Shown here: positions 52,401-60,135 of the stretch, piece by piece
Numbering within the stretch: the stretch's first letter is position 1
Layout: each line of letters begins with the position of its first letter
NCBI GenBank assembly: GCA_965237735.1
Contig: CBDEFV010000003.1
Location: 157,169 to 221,168, forward strand
Length of the DNA: 64,000 bases
From: Candidatus Porifericomitales bacterium
GTDB taxonomy: Bacteria > Pseudomonadota > Gammaproteobacteria > CBDEFV01
Direction of reading: 5' to 3'
Notes under the pieces: generated by a model
Database searches by the model: none
What the model was told of the DNA's origin: nothing
What the model saw: the letters and a program-made list of their open reading frames with translations, nothing else
Position numbers and translations under genes: made by a program

Positions 52401-55400
52401 ACCCTGTTGCCGGGCCAGGATGACGTGAGCGCAGGCGACTCTTCTGCAGTGCTGTTCGGCGCCGTCGCCACCCTGACCGGCTCGATCAGATTCGGCCGCG
52501 TTGTCATCAGCTCTTGGCATTGGCGGCAACTGCGGGGTCCCACCGTCATCCTGGCGGGTGCCGGCAGCCGCGAAGCAACCTTCCTGGTACCGAATATCAT
52601 GGCCACCCTGGTGTTCAGACTGACCGCTATCGATGACGAAGGCCAAGAATACAGCGACCGCGTCACCCTCCTCACTGTGGCTGATATCGTCGATGAGGAT
52701 GGAGATGGCCTGATCGAGATTCATGACTTGGCCATGCTGCACAACATGCGCTACGACTTGGCGGGCGGAAGCTACAAAACCAGTATCGCCTCGGTCGGGG
52801 ACAGCTTGGGCTGTCCCGCCCGGGGCTGCATCGGCTATGAGTTGATGCGGGACCTGGACTTTGATAAGGATGATAATGGAACCTGGTCGGGCGACAGCAG
52901 TGAGGGGTACAGTTTGGATGGGGATGACAGCATGGCGCCATACTTTGTGGTGGATTCCGCTGCCGGCGGCTGGCAGCCGATTGGCGACCGTGCCAATCCC
53001 TTTGCCGCCGTCTTTGACGGCAACGGCCACAGCATCGGCAACCTCGCCGTCCGTCGCAGTCAGACTGCCTACGTCGGGCTCTTTGGCGTGATCGGAGAGG
53101 GTGCGGCCATCCGCAATCTCGGCCTGGTCGACAACCTGGCGGATTATACCGGCTCCAGCGGTGGTAGGATTTCCATTGGCGGCTTGGTGGGCTTGCAGGA
53201 AGGCGGCTCGATCGCGGCGAGCTACGCCACAGGCAATGTCGATGGCGGGAGCGGAAGTTATGATTATGTCGGCGGTTTGGTGGGGTTGCAGAGGGGAGGT
53301 GCAATCAGCACGAGCTACGCCACAGGCAATGTCGATGGCGGAGCCGGCAGCTTTGATGCGGTCGGCGGGCTGGTGGGCAGGCAGAACGGCGGTTCAATCA
53401 TCCTGAGCTATGCCACGGGCAATGCCGCTGGCGGGTACGGAAATAGGGATGAGGTCGGCGGGCTGGTGGGCTATCAGTTGGATGGCTCGATCACGGAGAG
53501 CTACGCCACCGGCGATGCCGCTGCCGGGGTTAGCAACAATGCTCGGATCGGCGGGCTGGTGGGCCGGCAGGCCGGCGGTTCAATCATCCTGAGCTATGCC
53601 ACGGGCGATGCCGATAGCGGGGGCGGAGTTGGGGTTCAGGTCGGCGGGCTGGTGGGCTTGCAGGAAGGCGGCTCGATCACGGCGAGCTATGCCACGGGCG
53701 ATGCCGATGGCGGGCGCGGCAACTCTGATTTTGTCGGCGGGCTGGTGGGCTATCAGTTTGATGGCTCGATCACGGCGAGCTATGCCACGGGCGATGCCGA
53801 TGGCGGGAGCGGAATTGAGGATCATGTCGGCGGGCTGGTGGGCTATCAGTTTGATGGCTCGATCACGGCGAGCTATGCCACGGGCGATGCCGATGGCGGG
53901 CGCGGCAACTCTGATTTTGTCGGCGGGCTGGTGGGCTATCAGTTTGATGGCTCGATCACGGCGAGCTATGCCACGGGCGATGCCGATGGCGGGCACGGCG
54001 ACTCTGATTTTGTCGGCGGGCTGGTGGGCTATCAGTGGGATCGCGACTCGATCTTGCAGAGCTATGGCTTTGGCGGGCTCATGGGCGGAGATTTCACGGG
54101 GTCGGATGGCACTCCCCCCGTGTCCAGTGCCGCCGAATTGACCGCAACCCATGCCGGATCCTCCTGGAATGCAGCCGACAGCAACACCTTGGGCGCCTGG
54201 GATTTTGGTGACAGCACCCAGGTTCCGGCGCTGAACTATGCCGACTATGATGGTCAGGGTATGACCTTCAGTTGCGGCCAGTTCCCTCCCGGTGTTTGCG
54301 ACCCCGCCACCCTGTTGCCGGGCCAGGCTGACGTGAGCGCAGGCGACTCTTCTGCAGTGCTGTTCGGCACAACCGCCATCCTGACCGGCTCGATCAGATT
54401 CGGCCGCGTTGCCATCAGCTCCTGGCATTGGCGGCAACTGCGGGGTCCCACCGTCACCCTGAGGGGCGCCGACAGCCGCGAAGCAACCTTTCTGGCGCCG
54501 GAGAGCCCGGCCACCCTGGTGTTCAGACTGACCGCTATCGATGGCGAAGGCCGAGAATACAGCGACCGCGTCACCTTTACTGTGGCTGATATCGTCGATG
54601 AGGATGGAGATGGCCTGATCGAGATTCACGACTTGGCCATGCTGCACAACATGCGCTACGACTTGGCGGGCGGAAGCTACAAAACCAGTACCGCCGCGGT
54701 CGGGTACATCGGGGGCTGTCCCGACCAGGGCTGCTTCGGCTATGAGTTGGTGCAGCCCCTCGACTTTGATACGGATGATGATGGAACCTGGTCGGGCGGC
54801 AGCAGTGAGGGGTACAGTTTGGATGGGGATGACAGCATGGCGCCGTACTTTGAGGTGAATGGAGACGGCGAAGGCGGCTGGCTACCGATCGGCGATAGCG
54901 TCGCTCCCTTTGTCGCTGTCTTTGAGGGCAACGGCCACAGCATCGGCAACCTCGCCATTCGCCGCGATCAAGCCTCCGTCGGGCTCTTTGGCGTGATCGG
55001 AGAGGGTGCGGCCATCCGCAATCTCGGCCTGGTCGACAACTTGGCGGATTACACCGGCTCCAGCGATAGTGGGATTTCCATTGGCGGCTTGGTGGGCTTG
55101 CAGGAAGGCGGCTTGATCACGGCGAGCTATGCCACGGGCGATGCCGATGGCGGGGGCGGCCACTTTGATGGGGTCGGCGGGCTGGTGGGCCGGCAGGACG
55201 GCGGTTCAATCATCCTGAGCTATGCCACGGGCAATGCCGATGGCGGGAGCGGAGTTGGGGATGAGGTCGGCGGGCTGGTGGGCTATCAGTTGGATGGCTC
55301 GATCACGGCGAGCTACGCCACCGGTGATGCCGATGGCGGGCTTGGCAACGATGATGGGGTCGGCGGGCTGGTGGGCTATCAGTTGGATGGCTCGATCACG

Positions 55401-58400
55401 GCGAGCTACGCCACCGGTGATGCCGATGGCGGGCTTGGCAACGATGATCGGGTCGGCGGGCTGGTGGGCTGGCAGGAAGGCGGTTTGATCACGGCGAGCT
55501 ATGCCACAGGCGCTGCCGATGGCGGGGTTGGCAACAGAGACTATGTCGGCAGGCTGCTCGGCTTTCAGGGAGAGGACTCGATGATCTGGCAGAGCTATGG
55601 CTTTGGCGGGCTCATGGGCGGAGATTTCACGGGGCCGGATGGCGCTCCCCCCGTGCCCCGTGCCACCGAATTGACCGCAACCCATGCCGGATCCTCCTGG
55701 AATGCAGCCGACAGCAACACCTTGGGCGCCTGGGATTTCGGCAGCGATGAGCAGATCCCGGTGCTGAACTATGCCGACTATGACGGCGAGGGTGCGGCCT
55801 TCAACTGCAACCAGTTCCCTCCCGGTGCCTGCGGCACCTTTTTGCCGGGCCAGGTGCCGCCGGCGGCGCTGAAGGCACTGGAATTGAGCGCCGGCGTTGT
55901 TTTGCATCCAGCCTTCACCCGGGCGACCCTGACTTATACCGCCTCGGTCGTCAACGACATCGAATTCATCACCATCGCAACAATGCCAGCCCATCTCAAT
56001 GCCTTGGCTGAAATCACGCCGGCGGATGCCGACGGCACTGGAGACGGCCACCAGGTGAATCTCGCCGTGGGTGAAAACTTCATCGCCATAGAGGTGACGG
56101 CGGCGGACGGCATGAATGTGCAGAGGTACACCCTGACGCTGACCCGCGCTCCCTCCACCGATGCGACCCTGGGTGCGCTGGAACTGAGCGGCGGCGTCGC
56201 TCTGCGGCCCATCTTTGCTGCGGCGGTGCGGAGCTACACGGCCTCGGTGGCCAACGACATCGCATCCATTACCCTCACGGCAGTGCCGACCCATGCCCGT
56301 GCTTCGGTTGCGATCACGCCGGCAGATGCCGACCTCACGGCAGAGGGTTATCAGCTGGCTCTCAATATGGGTCCAAACCTCATCGTCATAGAGGTGACGG
56401 CGGCGGACGGCATGAATGTGCAGAGGTACACCCTGACGCTGACCCGCGCTCCCTCCACCGATGCGACCCTGGGTGCGCTGGAACTGAGCGGCGGCGTCGC
56501 TCTGCGGCCCATCTTTGCTGCGGCGGTGCGGAGCTACACGGCCTCGGTGGCCAACGACATCGCATCCATTACCCTCACGGCAGTGCCGACCCATGCCCGT
56601 GCTTCGGTTGCGATCACGCCGGCAGATGCCGACCTCACGGCAGAGGGTTATCAGCTGGCTCTCAATATGGGTCCAAACCTCATCGTCATAGAGGTGACGG
56701 CGGAGGACGGCATGAATGTGCAGAGGTACACCCTGACTCTGACCCGCGCTCCCTCCACCGATGATGCGACCCTGGGTGCGCTGGAACTGAGCGGCGGCGT
56801 CGATCTGCGGCTGCGGCCCATCTTTGCTGCGGCGGTGCGGAGCTACACGGTCTCGGTGGCCAACGACATCGAAACGATTACCCTCACGGCGGCGCCGACC
56901 CATGCCCGTGCTTCGGTTGCGATCACGCCGGCAGATGCCGACCTCACTGCAGAGGGTTATCAGCTGGCTCTCAATGAGGGTTCAAACCTCATCACCATCA
57001 CCATAGAGGTGACGGCAGAGGACGGCATGAATGTGCAGACGTACATCCTGACTCTGACCCGTGCCCCCCCTTCCATCGATGCGACCCTGGATGCGTTGGA
57101 ACTGAGCGGCGTCGTCGCTCTGCGGCCCATCTTTGCTGCGGCGGTGCGGAGCTACACGGTCTCGGTGGCCAACGGCATCGAAACGATTACCCTCATGGTG
57201 GTGCCGACCCATGCCCGTGCTTCGGTTGCGATCACGCCGGCAGATGCCGACCTCACTGCAGAGGGTTATCAGCTGGCTCTCGATGTGGGTCCGAACCTCA
57301 TCACCATGGAGGTGACGGCAGAGGACGGCATGAATGTGCAGACGTACACCCTGACTCTGACCCGTGCCCCCCCTTCCATCGATGCGACCCTGGATGCGTT
57401 GGAACTGAGCGGCGGCGTCGCTCTGCGGCCCATCTTTGCTGCGGCGGTGCGGAGCTACACGGCCTCGGTGGCCAACGACATCGAAACCATTACCCTCACG
57501 GCAGTGCCGACCCATGCCCGTGCTTCGGTTGCGATCACGCCGGCAGATGCCGACCTCACTGCAGAGGGTTATCAGCTGGCTCTCAATGTGGGTTCAAACC
57601 TCATCACCATCACCATAGAGGTGACGGCGGCGGACGGAGACACGACGCAGCAATACACCCTGCTGACCCTGACCCTGATTCGCCGTGCCGCCGCTGATCG
57701 CGATGGCAATGGCCTGATTGAGATCGACAATCCGACCATGCTGCACAACATGCGCTACAACCTGGCAGGCACCAGCTACAAAACCACCGACACCAACTCG
57801 GCCGGCGACAGTTCAGGCTGTCCCGCTTCGGGCTGCTTCGGCTATGAGTTGGAGCAGGACCTGGACTTTGATACGGATGATGATGATGATGCAACCTGGT
57901 CGGGCAACAGCAGTGAGGGGTACAGTTTGGATAGGGATGACAGCATGGCGCCTTACTTTAAGGTGGATAGTGACAGCGCCGGTGGCTGGCAGCCCATTGG
58001 TGATAACAACAATCCCTTTGACACTGTTTTCGACGGCAACAGCCATACCATCAGCAATCTCGCCATCCGCCGTGCTCAAGCGACGATAGGGCTCTTTGGC
58101 GCGATAGGAGAGGGTGCGGCCATCCGCAATCTTGGCCTGGTCAACAACCTGGCGGACTATACGGGTTCTGACAACGGCGGCATTCGTATTGGCGGCTTGG
58201 TGGGACTTCAGGACGGTGGTATGATCACGACGAGCTACACCACGGGCAATGCCGATGGCGGGAATGGCGACGCTGCTCAGGTCGGCGGGCTGGTGGGCGC
58301 TCAGTTCAGTGGCTCAATCACCGCAAGCTATGCCAAGGGCGATGTCGCTGGCGGGGACGGGGAAGGGGAAGGTGCTCAGGTCGGCGGGCTGGTGGGCTTT

Positions 58401-59270
58401 CAGGAGGGCGGTTCGATCAGGACGAGCTACGCCGAGGGCGAAGTCGCGGGTGGAGACGGCGACGATGTGGTCGGCGGGCTGGTAGGTGTCCAGTCCGGCA
58501 CGATCAGGGCGAGCTACGCCGCGGGCGATGCCAGCGGCGGCGCCGGCGATGATGTGGTCGGTGCGCTGGTGGGCGAGATGACCGGCGGGCACGGCACGGG
58601 TTCAATCGTCGCCAGCTACGCCACGGGCGATGCCGATGGCGGCGGGGGCGACAATGATCTCGTCGGCACCTTGGTGGGCAAACGGGTGGGCGCCGGGCGG
58701 ATAACGGAATCGATCACCGCGAGCTACAGCTTTGGCCAGGGAATCAACGGCAACGGGGAGGGGTCCCCCGGGTCGGCGGGCACGCCCTGGCCTGAGGGGG
58801 TGGATCAGGCGACTGATCTGAGCGCAGAAAATGCTGGACCAAGCTGGCTGAACGGGGATTGGGATTTCGCTACCGGCGATCAACCCCCAGCGGTGCAATA
58901 CAACAACAGGCTCATACCGGGCCAAAGGAGCGAGGAAGGGGGCGGTGACTCCGGCGGCGATGTCTCTGGCGGCAATGGTTCCGGCGGCGGTTCTCTGAGC
59001 CCTTGGGCGCTGTTGGCCTGGGTGCTGCTGCTGACCGGCGCGGCATGCGGGCGGCGGCTGACCCGGAGCGGCAGGGCGACGGCAGCGACGGCAGCTGCTC
59101 CCCCTGCCGTCCGGCCTGCCGCTTCCAATTCCGCCCGGTCGGCGGGGCGGGCCGGCGGATTTTGTGGCGGCGGCGTCAAGGGCCAGGCCGCGGGTTCTCG
59201 GGATTTGACGGCGGCCCTCGGCCCCTCCCTCTTCGGCTGGGACAGAGCGCCGCGGCGCCCCTTCGGCTGA
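40497..59270 (+). CDS. giant secreted repeat protein, gene 2 (6257 aa). It has 10 dockerin-like/GLUG units and two cadherin-like repeat arrays, and ends in a C-terminal anchor/sorting-like tail.
   Basis: GTG 40497 aligns with the start of gene 1 (MVVWHE versus MIVWHE). An alternative ATG 40605 (MKRSQSRASVRSTAFRALGLAALLLSCLALPWVVQA) gives a classical Sec signal peptide. Unit architecture matches gene 1. The C-terminus reads GGGSLSPWALLAWVLLLTGAACGRRLTRSGR... The ORF is intact. Confidence 0.88.
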   Translation: MVVWHERDSILARVIKRQCLRPALGHTDASPPHSARMKRSQSRASVRSTAFRALGLAALLLSCLALPWVVQAQGSVMADRDGDGLIEIDNLTMLHNMRYDLAGGSYKTSTASVGDSSGCPALRCIGYELAQPLDFDTDDDGTWSGDSSQGYSLDENDSMAPYFVVDSAAGGWQPIGDRANPFAAVFDGNGHSIGNLAIRRAQAFVGLFGVIGEGAAIRNLGLVGNLADYTGFSDGEIYIGGLVGLQRGGAISTSYATGDADGGSGARDHVGGLVGQQENGSITASYATGAADGGAGDFDQVGGLVGWQGGGSIILSYARGAADGGGGDGDRVGGLVGRQDGGSIILSYARGDVDGGSGLYDRVGGLVGYQFNGSITASYATGDADGGIGDDDRVGGLVGRQDGGSITASYATGDADGGSGNEDNAGRLVGNQQNGSIWQSYGFGGLMGGDFTGPDGTPPVSSAAELTATHAGSSWNAADSNTLGAWDFGDSTQVPALNYADYDGQGMTFSCGQFPPGVCDPATLLPGQGDLSAGDSSTVLFGAAATLTGSIRFGRVAISSWHWRQLRGPTVTLRGADSREATFLVPNIMATLVFGLTAIDGEGQEYSDRVTLLTVADIVDEDGDGLIEIHDLAMLHNMRYDLAGGSYKTSTASVGDSSGCPALRCIGYELAQPLDFDTDDDGTWSGNSSQGYSLDENDSMAPYFEVNGDGEGGWQPIGDEADPFAAVFDGNGHSIGNLAIRRDQSHIGLFGAMGEGAAIRNLGLVGNLADYTGSSNGEISIGGLVGRQISSSITASYATGDAAGGSGSGDHVGGLVGWQGGGSITASYARGDADGGGGYFNQIGGLVGTQFSGSITASYAMGNAAGGSGSGDQVGGLVGWQGGGSIILSYARGAADGGGGDRDRVGGLVGRQDGGSIILSYAMGNAAGGSGPKDQVGGLVGYQFNGSITASYARGDAAGGSGDSDFVGGLVGLRSRRSSITASYARGDADGGVGNTDYVGRLIGLQGDGSMIWQSYGFGGLMGGDFTGPDGTPPVSSAAELTATHAGSSWNAADSNTLGAWNFGDSTQVPALNYADYDGRGMTFSCGQFPPGVCDPTTLLPGQGDLSAGDFSVVSFGAVATLTGSIRFSRVAISSWHWRQLRGPTVTLRGADSREATFLAPESPATLVFGLTAIDDEGQRYSDRVTLLAVADIVDEDEDGLIEIHDLAMLHNMRYDLAGGSYKTSTASVGNSSGCPALRCIGYELAQPLDFDTDDDGTWSGDSSGGYSLDENDSMAPYFVVDSAAGGWQPIGDRANPFAAVFDGNGHSIGNLAIRRDQAWVGLFGVIGGRAAIRNLGLVDNLADYTGSSDRNIYIGGLVGLQRGGAISTSYARGDAAGGSGARDHVGGLVGLQDGGSITASYATGDAAGGIGDVDFVGGLVGLQDGGSITASYARGDADGGVGDYDFVGGLVGFQEGGSIILSYARGDADGGSGIEDQVGGLVGRQEGGLITASYATGDADGGHGDSDFVGGLVGYQWDRDSILQSYGFGGLMGGDFTGSDGTPPVSSAAELTATHAGSSWNAADSNTLGAWDFGDSTQVPALNYADYDGQGMTFSCGQFPPGVCDPATLLPGQADVSAGDSSAVLFGTTAILTGSIRFGRVAISSWHWRQLRGPTVTLRGADSREATFLAPESPATLVFRLTAIDGEGREYSDRVTFTVADIVDEDGDGLIEIHDLAMLHNMRYDLAGGSYKTSTAAVGYIGGCPDQGCFGYELVQPLDFDTDDDGTWSGGSSEGYSLDGDDSMAPYFEVNGDGEGGWLPIGDGVAPFVAVFEGNGHSIGNLAIRRDQSHIGLFGAMGEGAAIRNLGLVDNLADYTGSSDDQIFIGGLVGRQISSSITASYATGDAAGGSGGLDFVGGLVGVQFRRGSIILSYATGAADGGGGDDDRVGGLVGYQLDGSITASYATGDADGGLGNDDRVGGLVGWQEGGLITASYATGAADGGVGNRDYVGRLLGFQGEDSMIWQSYGFGGLMGGDFTGPDGAPPVPRATELTATHAGSSWNAADSNTLGAWDFGSDEQIPVLNYADYDGEGAAFNCNQFPPGACGTFLPGQVPPAALKALELSAGVVLHPAFTRATLTYTASVVNDIEFITIATMPAHLNALAEITPADADGTGDGHQVNLAVGENFIAIEVTAADGMNVQRYTLTLTRAPSTDATLGALELSGGVALRPIFAAAVRSYTASVANDIASITLTAVPTHARASVAITPADADLTAEGYQLALNMGPNLIVIEVTAADGMNVQRYTLTLTRAPSTDATLGALELSGGVALRPIFAAAVRSYTASVANDIASITLTAVPTHARASVAITPADADLTAEGYQLALNMGPNLIVIEVTAEDGMNVQRYTLTLTRAPSTDDATLGALELSGGVDLRLRPIFAAAVRSYTVSVANDIETITLTAAPTHARASVAITPADADLTAEGYQLALNEGSNLISITIEVTAADGDTTQQYTLTLIRRAAADRDGNGLIEIDNPTMLHNMRYDLAGRSYKTSPVSVGDSSGCPAMRCIGYELEQDLDFDTDADGTWSGNSSEGYSLDGDDSMAPYFVVNGDGEGGWQPIGDGANPFVAVFDGNGHSIGNLAVRRAQAFVGLFGVIREGAAIRNLGLVDSLADYTGSSLVETSIGGLVGWQRGGAISASYATGTANGGSGNRNYVGGLVGWQWTGSITASYATGNVDGGGGNYDRVGGLVGLQGGGSIILSYAKGAADGGSGVRDRVGGLVGSQGNGSITASYATGDAAGGGGNTDFVGGLVGYQDYGPITASYATGDAAGGGGNTDFVGGLVGRQFDGSITASYATGDADGGDGNIDGVGRLVGNQQNGSIWQSYGFGGLMGGDPSGADGAPPVSSAAELTATHAGSSWNAADSNTLGAWNFGDSTQVPALNYADYDGQGMTFSCGQFPPGVCDPATLLPGQDVVSAGDSSLVPFGAAATLTGSIRFGRVAISSWHWRQLRGPTVTLRGADRREATFLVPNIMATLVFGLTAIDDEGQRYSDRVTLLTVVDPVDEDGDGLIEIHDLAMLHNMRYDLAGGSYKTSIASVGDSSGCPALRCIGYELMQHLDFDTDDDGTWSGDSSEGYSLDGDDSMAPYFEVNGDGEGGWQPIGDEVEPFTAVFDGNGHSIGHLAIRRDQAFVGLFGVIGEGAAIRNLGLVDNLADYTGSSGGRISIGGLVGWQKRGAISTSYAKGTAAGGLGNGDRVGGLVGWQDGGSIILSYATGNADGGAGGYDNVGGLVGWQDGGSITASYATGNADGGAGDYDRVGGLVGLQNGGSITASYATGAADGGVGHTDYVGGLVGQQRVSSIMQSYGFGGLMGGESAGADGAPPVSSAADLTATHAGSSWNAADSNTLGAWDFGDSTQVPVLNYADYDGQGMTFSCGQFPPGVCDPATLLPGQGGLSAGDSSTVLFGTTATLTGLIRLGRVAISSWHWRQLQGPTVTLRGADSREATFLVPNIMATLVFRLTAIDDEGQEYSDRVTLLTVADIVDEDGDGLIEIHDLAMLHNMRYDLAGGSYKTSTASVGNSSGCPALRCIGYELVQPLDFDTDNDGTWSGGSSGGYSLDKDDSMAPYFVVDSAAGGWQPIGDEAEPFAAVFDGNGHSIGNLAVRRSQTVYVGFFGAIGGSAVIRNLGLVDNLADYTGSSDNKISIGGLVGLQRGGAISTSYATGDADGGGGSLDEVGGLVGRQFDGSITASYATGNADGGGGGYDRVGGLVGFQEGGSIIQSYAMGNADGGGESTRVGGLVGFQEGGSIIVSFATGNAAGGSRAGDHVGGLVGHQFGGSITASYATGDATGGRGNRDRVGGLVGYQVRSDASITASYATGDADGGGGNEDNAGRLVGNQLNGSIWQSYGFGGLMGGDFTGPDDTPPVSSAAELTATHAGSSWNAADSNTLGAWDFGDSTQVPALSYADYDGKGTTFSCGQFPPGVCDPATLLPGQDDVSAGDSSAVLFGAVATLTGSIRFGRVVISSWHWRQLRGPTVILAGAGSREATFLVPNIMATLVFRLTAIDDEGQEYSDRVTLLTVADIVDEDGDGLIEIHDLAMLHNMRYDLAGGSYKTSIASVGDSLGCPARGCIGYELMRDLDFDKDDNGTWSGDSSEGYSLDGDDSMAPYFVVDSAAGGWQPIGDRANPFAAVFDGNGHSIGNLAVRRSQTAYVGLFGVIGEGAAIRNLGLVDNLADYTGSSGGRISIGGLVGLQEGGSIAASYATGNVDGGSGSYDYVGGLVGLQRGGAISTSYATGNVDGGAGSFDAVGGLVGRQNGGSIILSYATGNAAGGYGNRDEVGGLVGYQLDGSITESYATGDAAAGVSNNARIGGLVGRQAGGSIILSYATGDADSGGGVGVQVGGLVGLQEGGSITASYATGDADGGRGNSDFVGGLVGYQFDGSITASYATGDADGGSGIEDHVGGLVGYQFDGSITASYATGDADGGRGNSDFVGGLVGYQFDGSITASYATGDADGGHGDSDFVGGLVGYQWDRDSILQSYGFGGLMGGDFTGSDGTPPVSSAAELTATHAGSSWNAADSNTLGAWDFGDSTQVPALNYADYDGQGMTFSCGQFPPGVCDPATLLPGQADVSAGDSSAVLFGTTAILTGSIRFGRVAISSWHWRQLRGPTVTLRGADSREATFLAPESPATLVFRLTAIDGEGREYSDRVTFTVADIVDEDGDGLIEIHDLAMLHNMRYDLAGGSYKTSTAAVGYIGGCPDQGCFGYELVQPLDFDTDDDGTWSGGSSEGYSLDGDDSMAPYFEVNGDGEGGWLPIGDSVAPFVAVFEGNGHSIGNLAIRRDQASVGLFGVIGEGAAIRNLGLVDNLADYTGSSDSGISIGGLVGLQEGGLITASYATGDADGGGGHFDGVGGLVGRQDGGSIILSYATGNADGGSGVGDEVGGLVGYQLDGSITASYATGDADGGLGNDDGVGGLVGYQLDGSITASYATGDADGGLGNDDRVGGLVGWQEGGLITASYATGAADGGVGNRDYVGRLLGFQGEDSMIWQSYGFGGLMGGDFTGPDGAPPVPRATELTATHAGSSWNAADSNTLGAWDFGSDEQIPVLNYADYDGEGAAFNCNQFPPGACGTFLPGQVPPAALKALELSAGVVLHPAFTRATLTYTASVVNDIEFITIATMPAHLNALAEITPADADGTGDGHQVNLAVGENFIAIEVTAADGMNVQRYTLTLTRAPSTDATLGALELSGGVALRPIFAAAVRSYTASVANDIASITLTAVPTHARASVAITPADADLTAEGYQLALNMGPNLIVIEVTAADGMNVQRYTLTLTRAPSTDATLGALELSGGVALRPIFAAAVRSYTASVANDIASITLTAVPTHARASVAITPADADLTAEGYQLALNMGPNLIVIEVTAEDGMNVQRYTLTLTRAPSTDDATLGALELSGGVDLRLRPIFAAAVRSYTVSVANDIETITLTAAPTHARASVAITPADADLTAEGYQLALNEGSNLITITIEVTAEDGMNVQTYILTLTRAPPSIDATLDALELSGVVALRPIFAAAVRSYTVSVANGIETITLMVVPTHARASVAITPADADLTAEGYQLALDVGPNLITMEVTAEDGMNVQTYTLTLTRAPPSIDATLDALELSGGVALRPIFAAAVRSYTASVANDIETITLTAVPTHARASVAITPADADLTAEGYQLALNVGSNLITITIEVTAADGDTTQQYTLLTLTLIRRAAADRDGNGLIEIDNPTMLHNMRYNLAGTSYKTTDTNSAGDSSGCPASGCFGYELEQDLDFDTDDDDDATWSGNSSEGYSLDRDDSMAPYFKVDSDSAGGWQPIGDNNNPFDTVFDGNSHTISNLAIRRAQATIGLFGAIGEGAAIRNLGLVNNLADYTGSDNGGIRIGGLVGLQDGGMITTSYTTGNADGGNGDAAQVGGLVGAQFSGSITASYAKGDVAGGDGEGEGAQVGGLVGFQEGGSIRTSYAEGEVAGGDGDDVVGGLVGVQSGTIRASYAAGDASGGAGDDVVGALVGEMTGGHGTGSIVASYATGDADGGGGDNDLVGTLVGKRVGAGRITESITASYSFGQGINGNGEGSPGSAGTPWPEGVDQATDLSAENAGPSWLNGDWDFATGDQPPAVQYNNRLIPGQRSEEGGGDSGGDVSGGNGSGGGSLSPWALLAWVLLLTGAACGRRLTRSGRATAATAAAPPAVRPAASNSARSAGRAGGFCGGGVKGQAAGSRDLTAALGPSLFGWDRAPRRPFG
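46777..47990 (+). repeat. about 4 cadherin-like 300-bp tandem repeats in gene 2 (array 1)
   Basis: Same repeat as in gene 1, with near-identical nucleotides. Confidence 0.8.
55853..57690 (+). repeat. about 6 cadherin-like 300-bp tandem repeats in gene 2 (array 2)
   Basis: Same repeat. Its first ~1.2 kb is identical to array 1. Confidence 0.8.
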
Positions 59271-59339
59271 GGCGGGGCGGGGCGGGCATCCGGGCGCGGA
59301 CCAGCCGGCCTTCATCGAGCTGCGGACGGGGCTTGCTCC

Positions 59340-59480
59340 GGTTCTTATCTGAGTGCAGAAAATGCTGGATCAAGCTGGCTGAACGGCGATTGGAATTTCG
59401 CTACCGGCGATCACCCCCCAGCGGTGCAACACAACAACAGGCTCATACCGGACCAAAGGAGCGAGGAAGGGGGCGGTGGC
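59340..59480 (+). pseudogene. remnant of a giant-gene 3' end (duplicate of ~58811..58940)
   Basis: Reads atctgagtgcagaaaatgctggatcaagctggctgaacggcgattggaatttcgctaccggcgatcacc...ggctcataccggaccaaaggagcgaggaaggggg, about 90% identical to the gene-2 tail. Confidence 0.55.
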
Positions 59481-59879
59481 AGCAGTGGCGGCGGTAGGCG
59501 GCTCTGGGCCCTTGGGCGCTGGCTCTCCTTCTGCTTTCCCTGTTCGGCTGGCGGCGAAGGTGGCGGCGATTGAATTGGCGGCTGGACAGGAGCCGGGCAG
59601 CCGGCAGGAAATAAGGCAGCGGAAAAAACCCTTCTCCCCAACTTCCGCTCAGCCGTGCCTTGCAGCTTCTGTGGCTTCCGCAGACGGCCAGTCGCCAGTT
59701 GAGTCGGCAGTGCGCCCTCCTCAGCCCGGGCTTTCATCGCAGGCCAGCAGTTGCTGCAGGACTTCACGAGCAGCCTCGAGGACGGCGGTGCCGGAGGTGA
59801 AGACGCCGATGACGCCCTGGGCTTTGAGAATTTCTTTGTGTCCTCGGGCGGCAGGGCGCCGGCGGCGGCGGCTCAGGCG

Positions 59880-60135
59880 GCGATGGTTCTATCGGCAATG
59901 GTTCCGGCGGCGGTTCTCTGAGCCCTTGGGCGCTGTTGGCTTGGGCACTGCTGCTGACCGGCGCGGCATGCGGGCGGCGGCTGACCCGGAGCGGCAGGGC
60001 GACGGCAGCTGCTCCCTCTGCCGTCCGGTCTGCCGCTTCCGCCCCGCCCGGTCGGCGGGCCGGGCCGGCGGATTCTGTGGCGGCGGCGTCAAGGGCCAGG
60101 CCGCGGGTTCGGGATTTGACGGCGGCCCTCGGCCC
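59880..60135 (+). pseudogene. second remnant of a giant-gene C-terminal anchor region (duplicate of ~58960..59200)
   Basis: ggttctctgagcccttgggcgctgttggcttgggcactgctgctgaccggcgcggcatgcgggcggcggctgacccggagcggcagg... encodes SLSPWALLAWALLLTGAACGRRLTRSGR. Confidence 0.55.
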
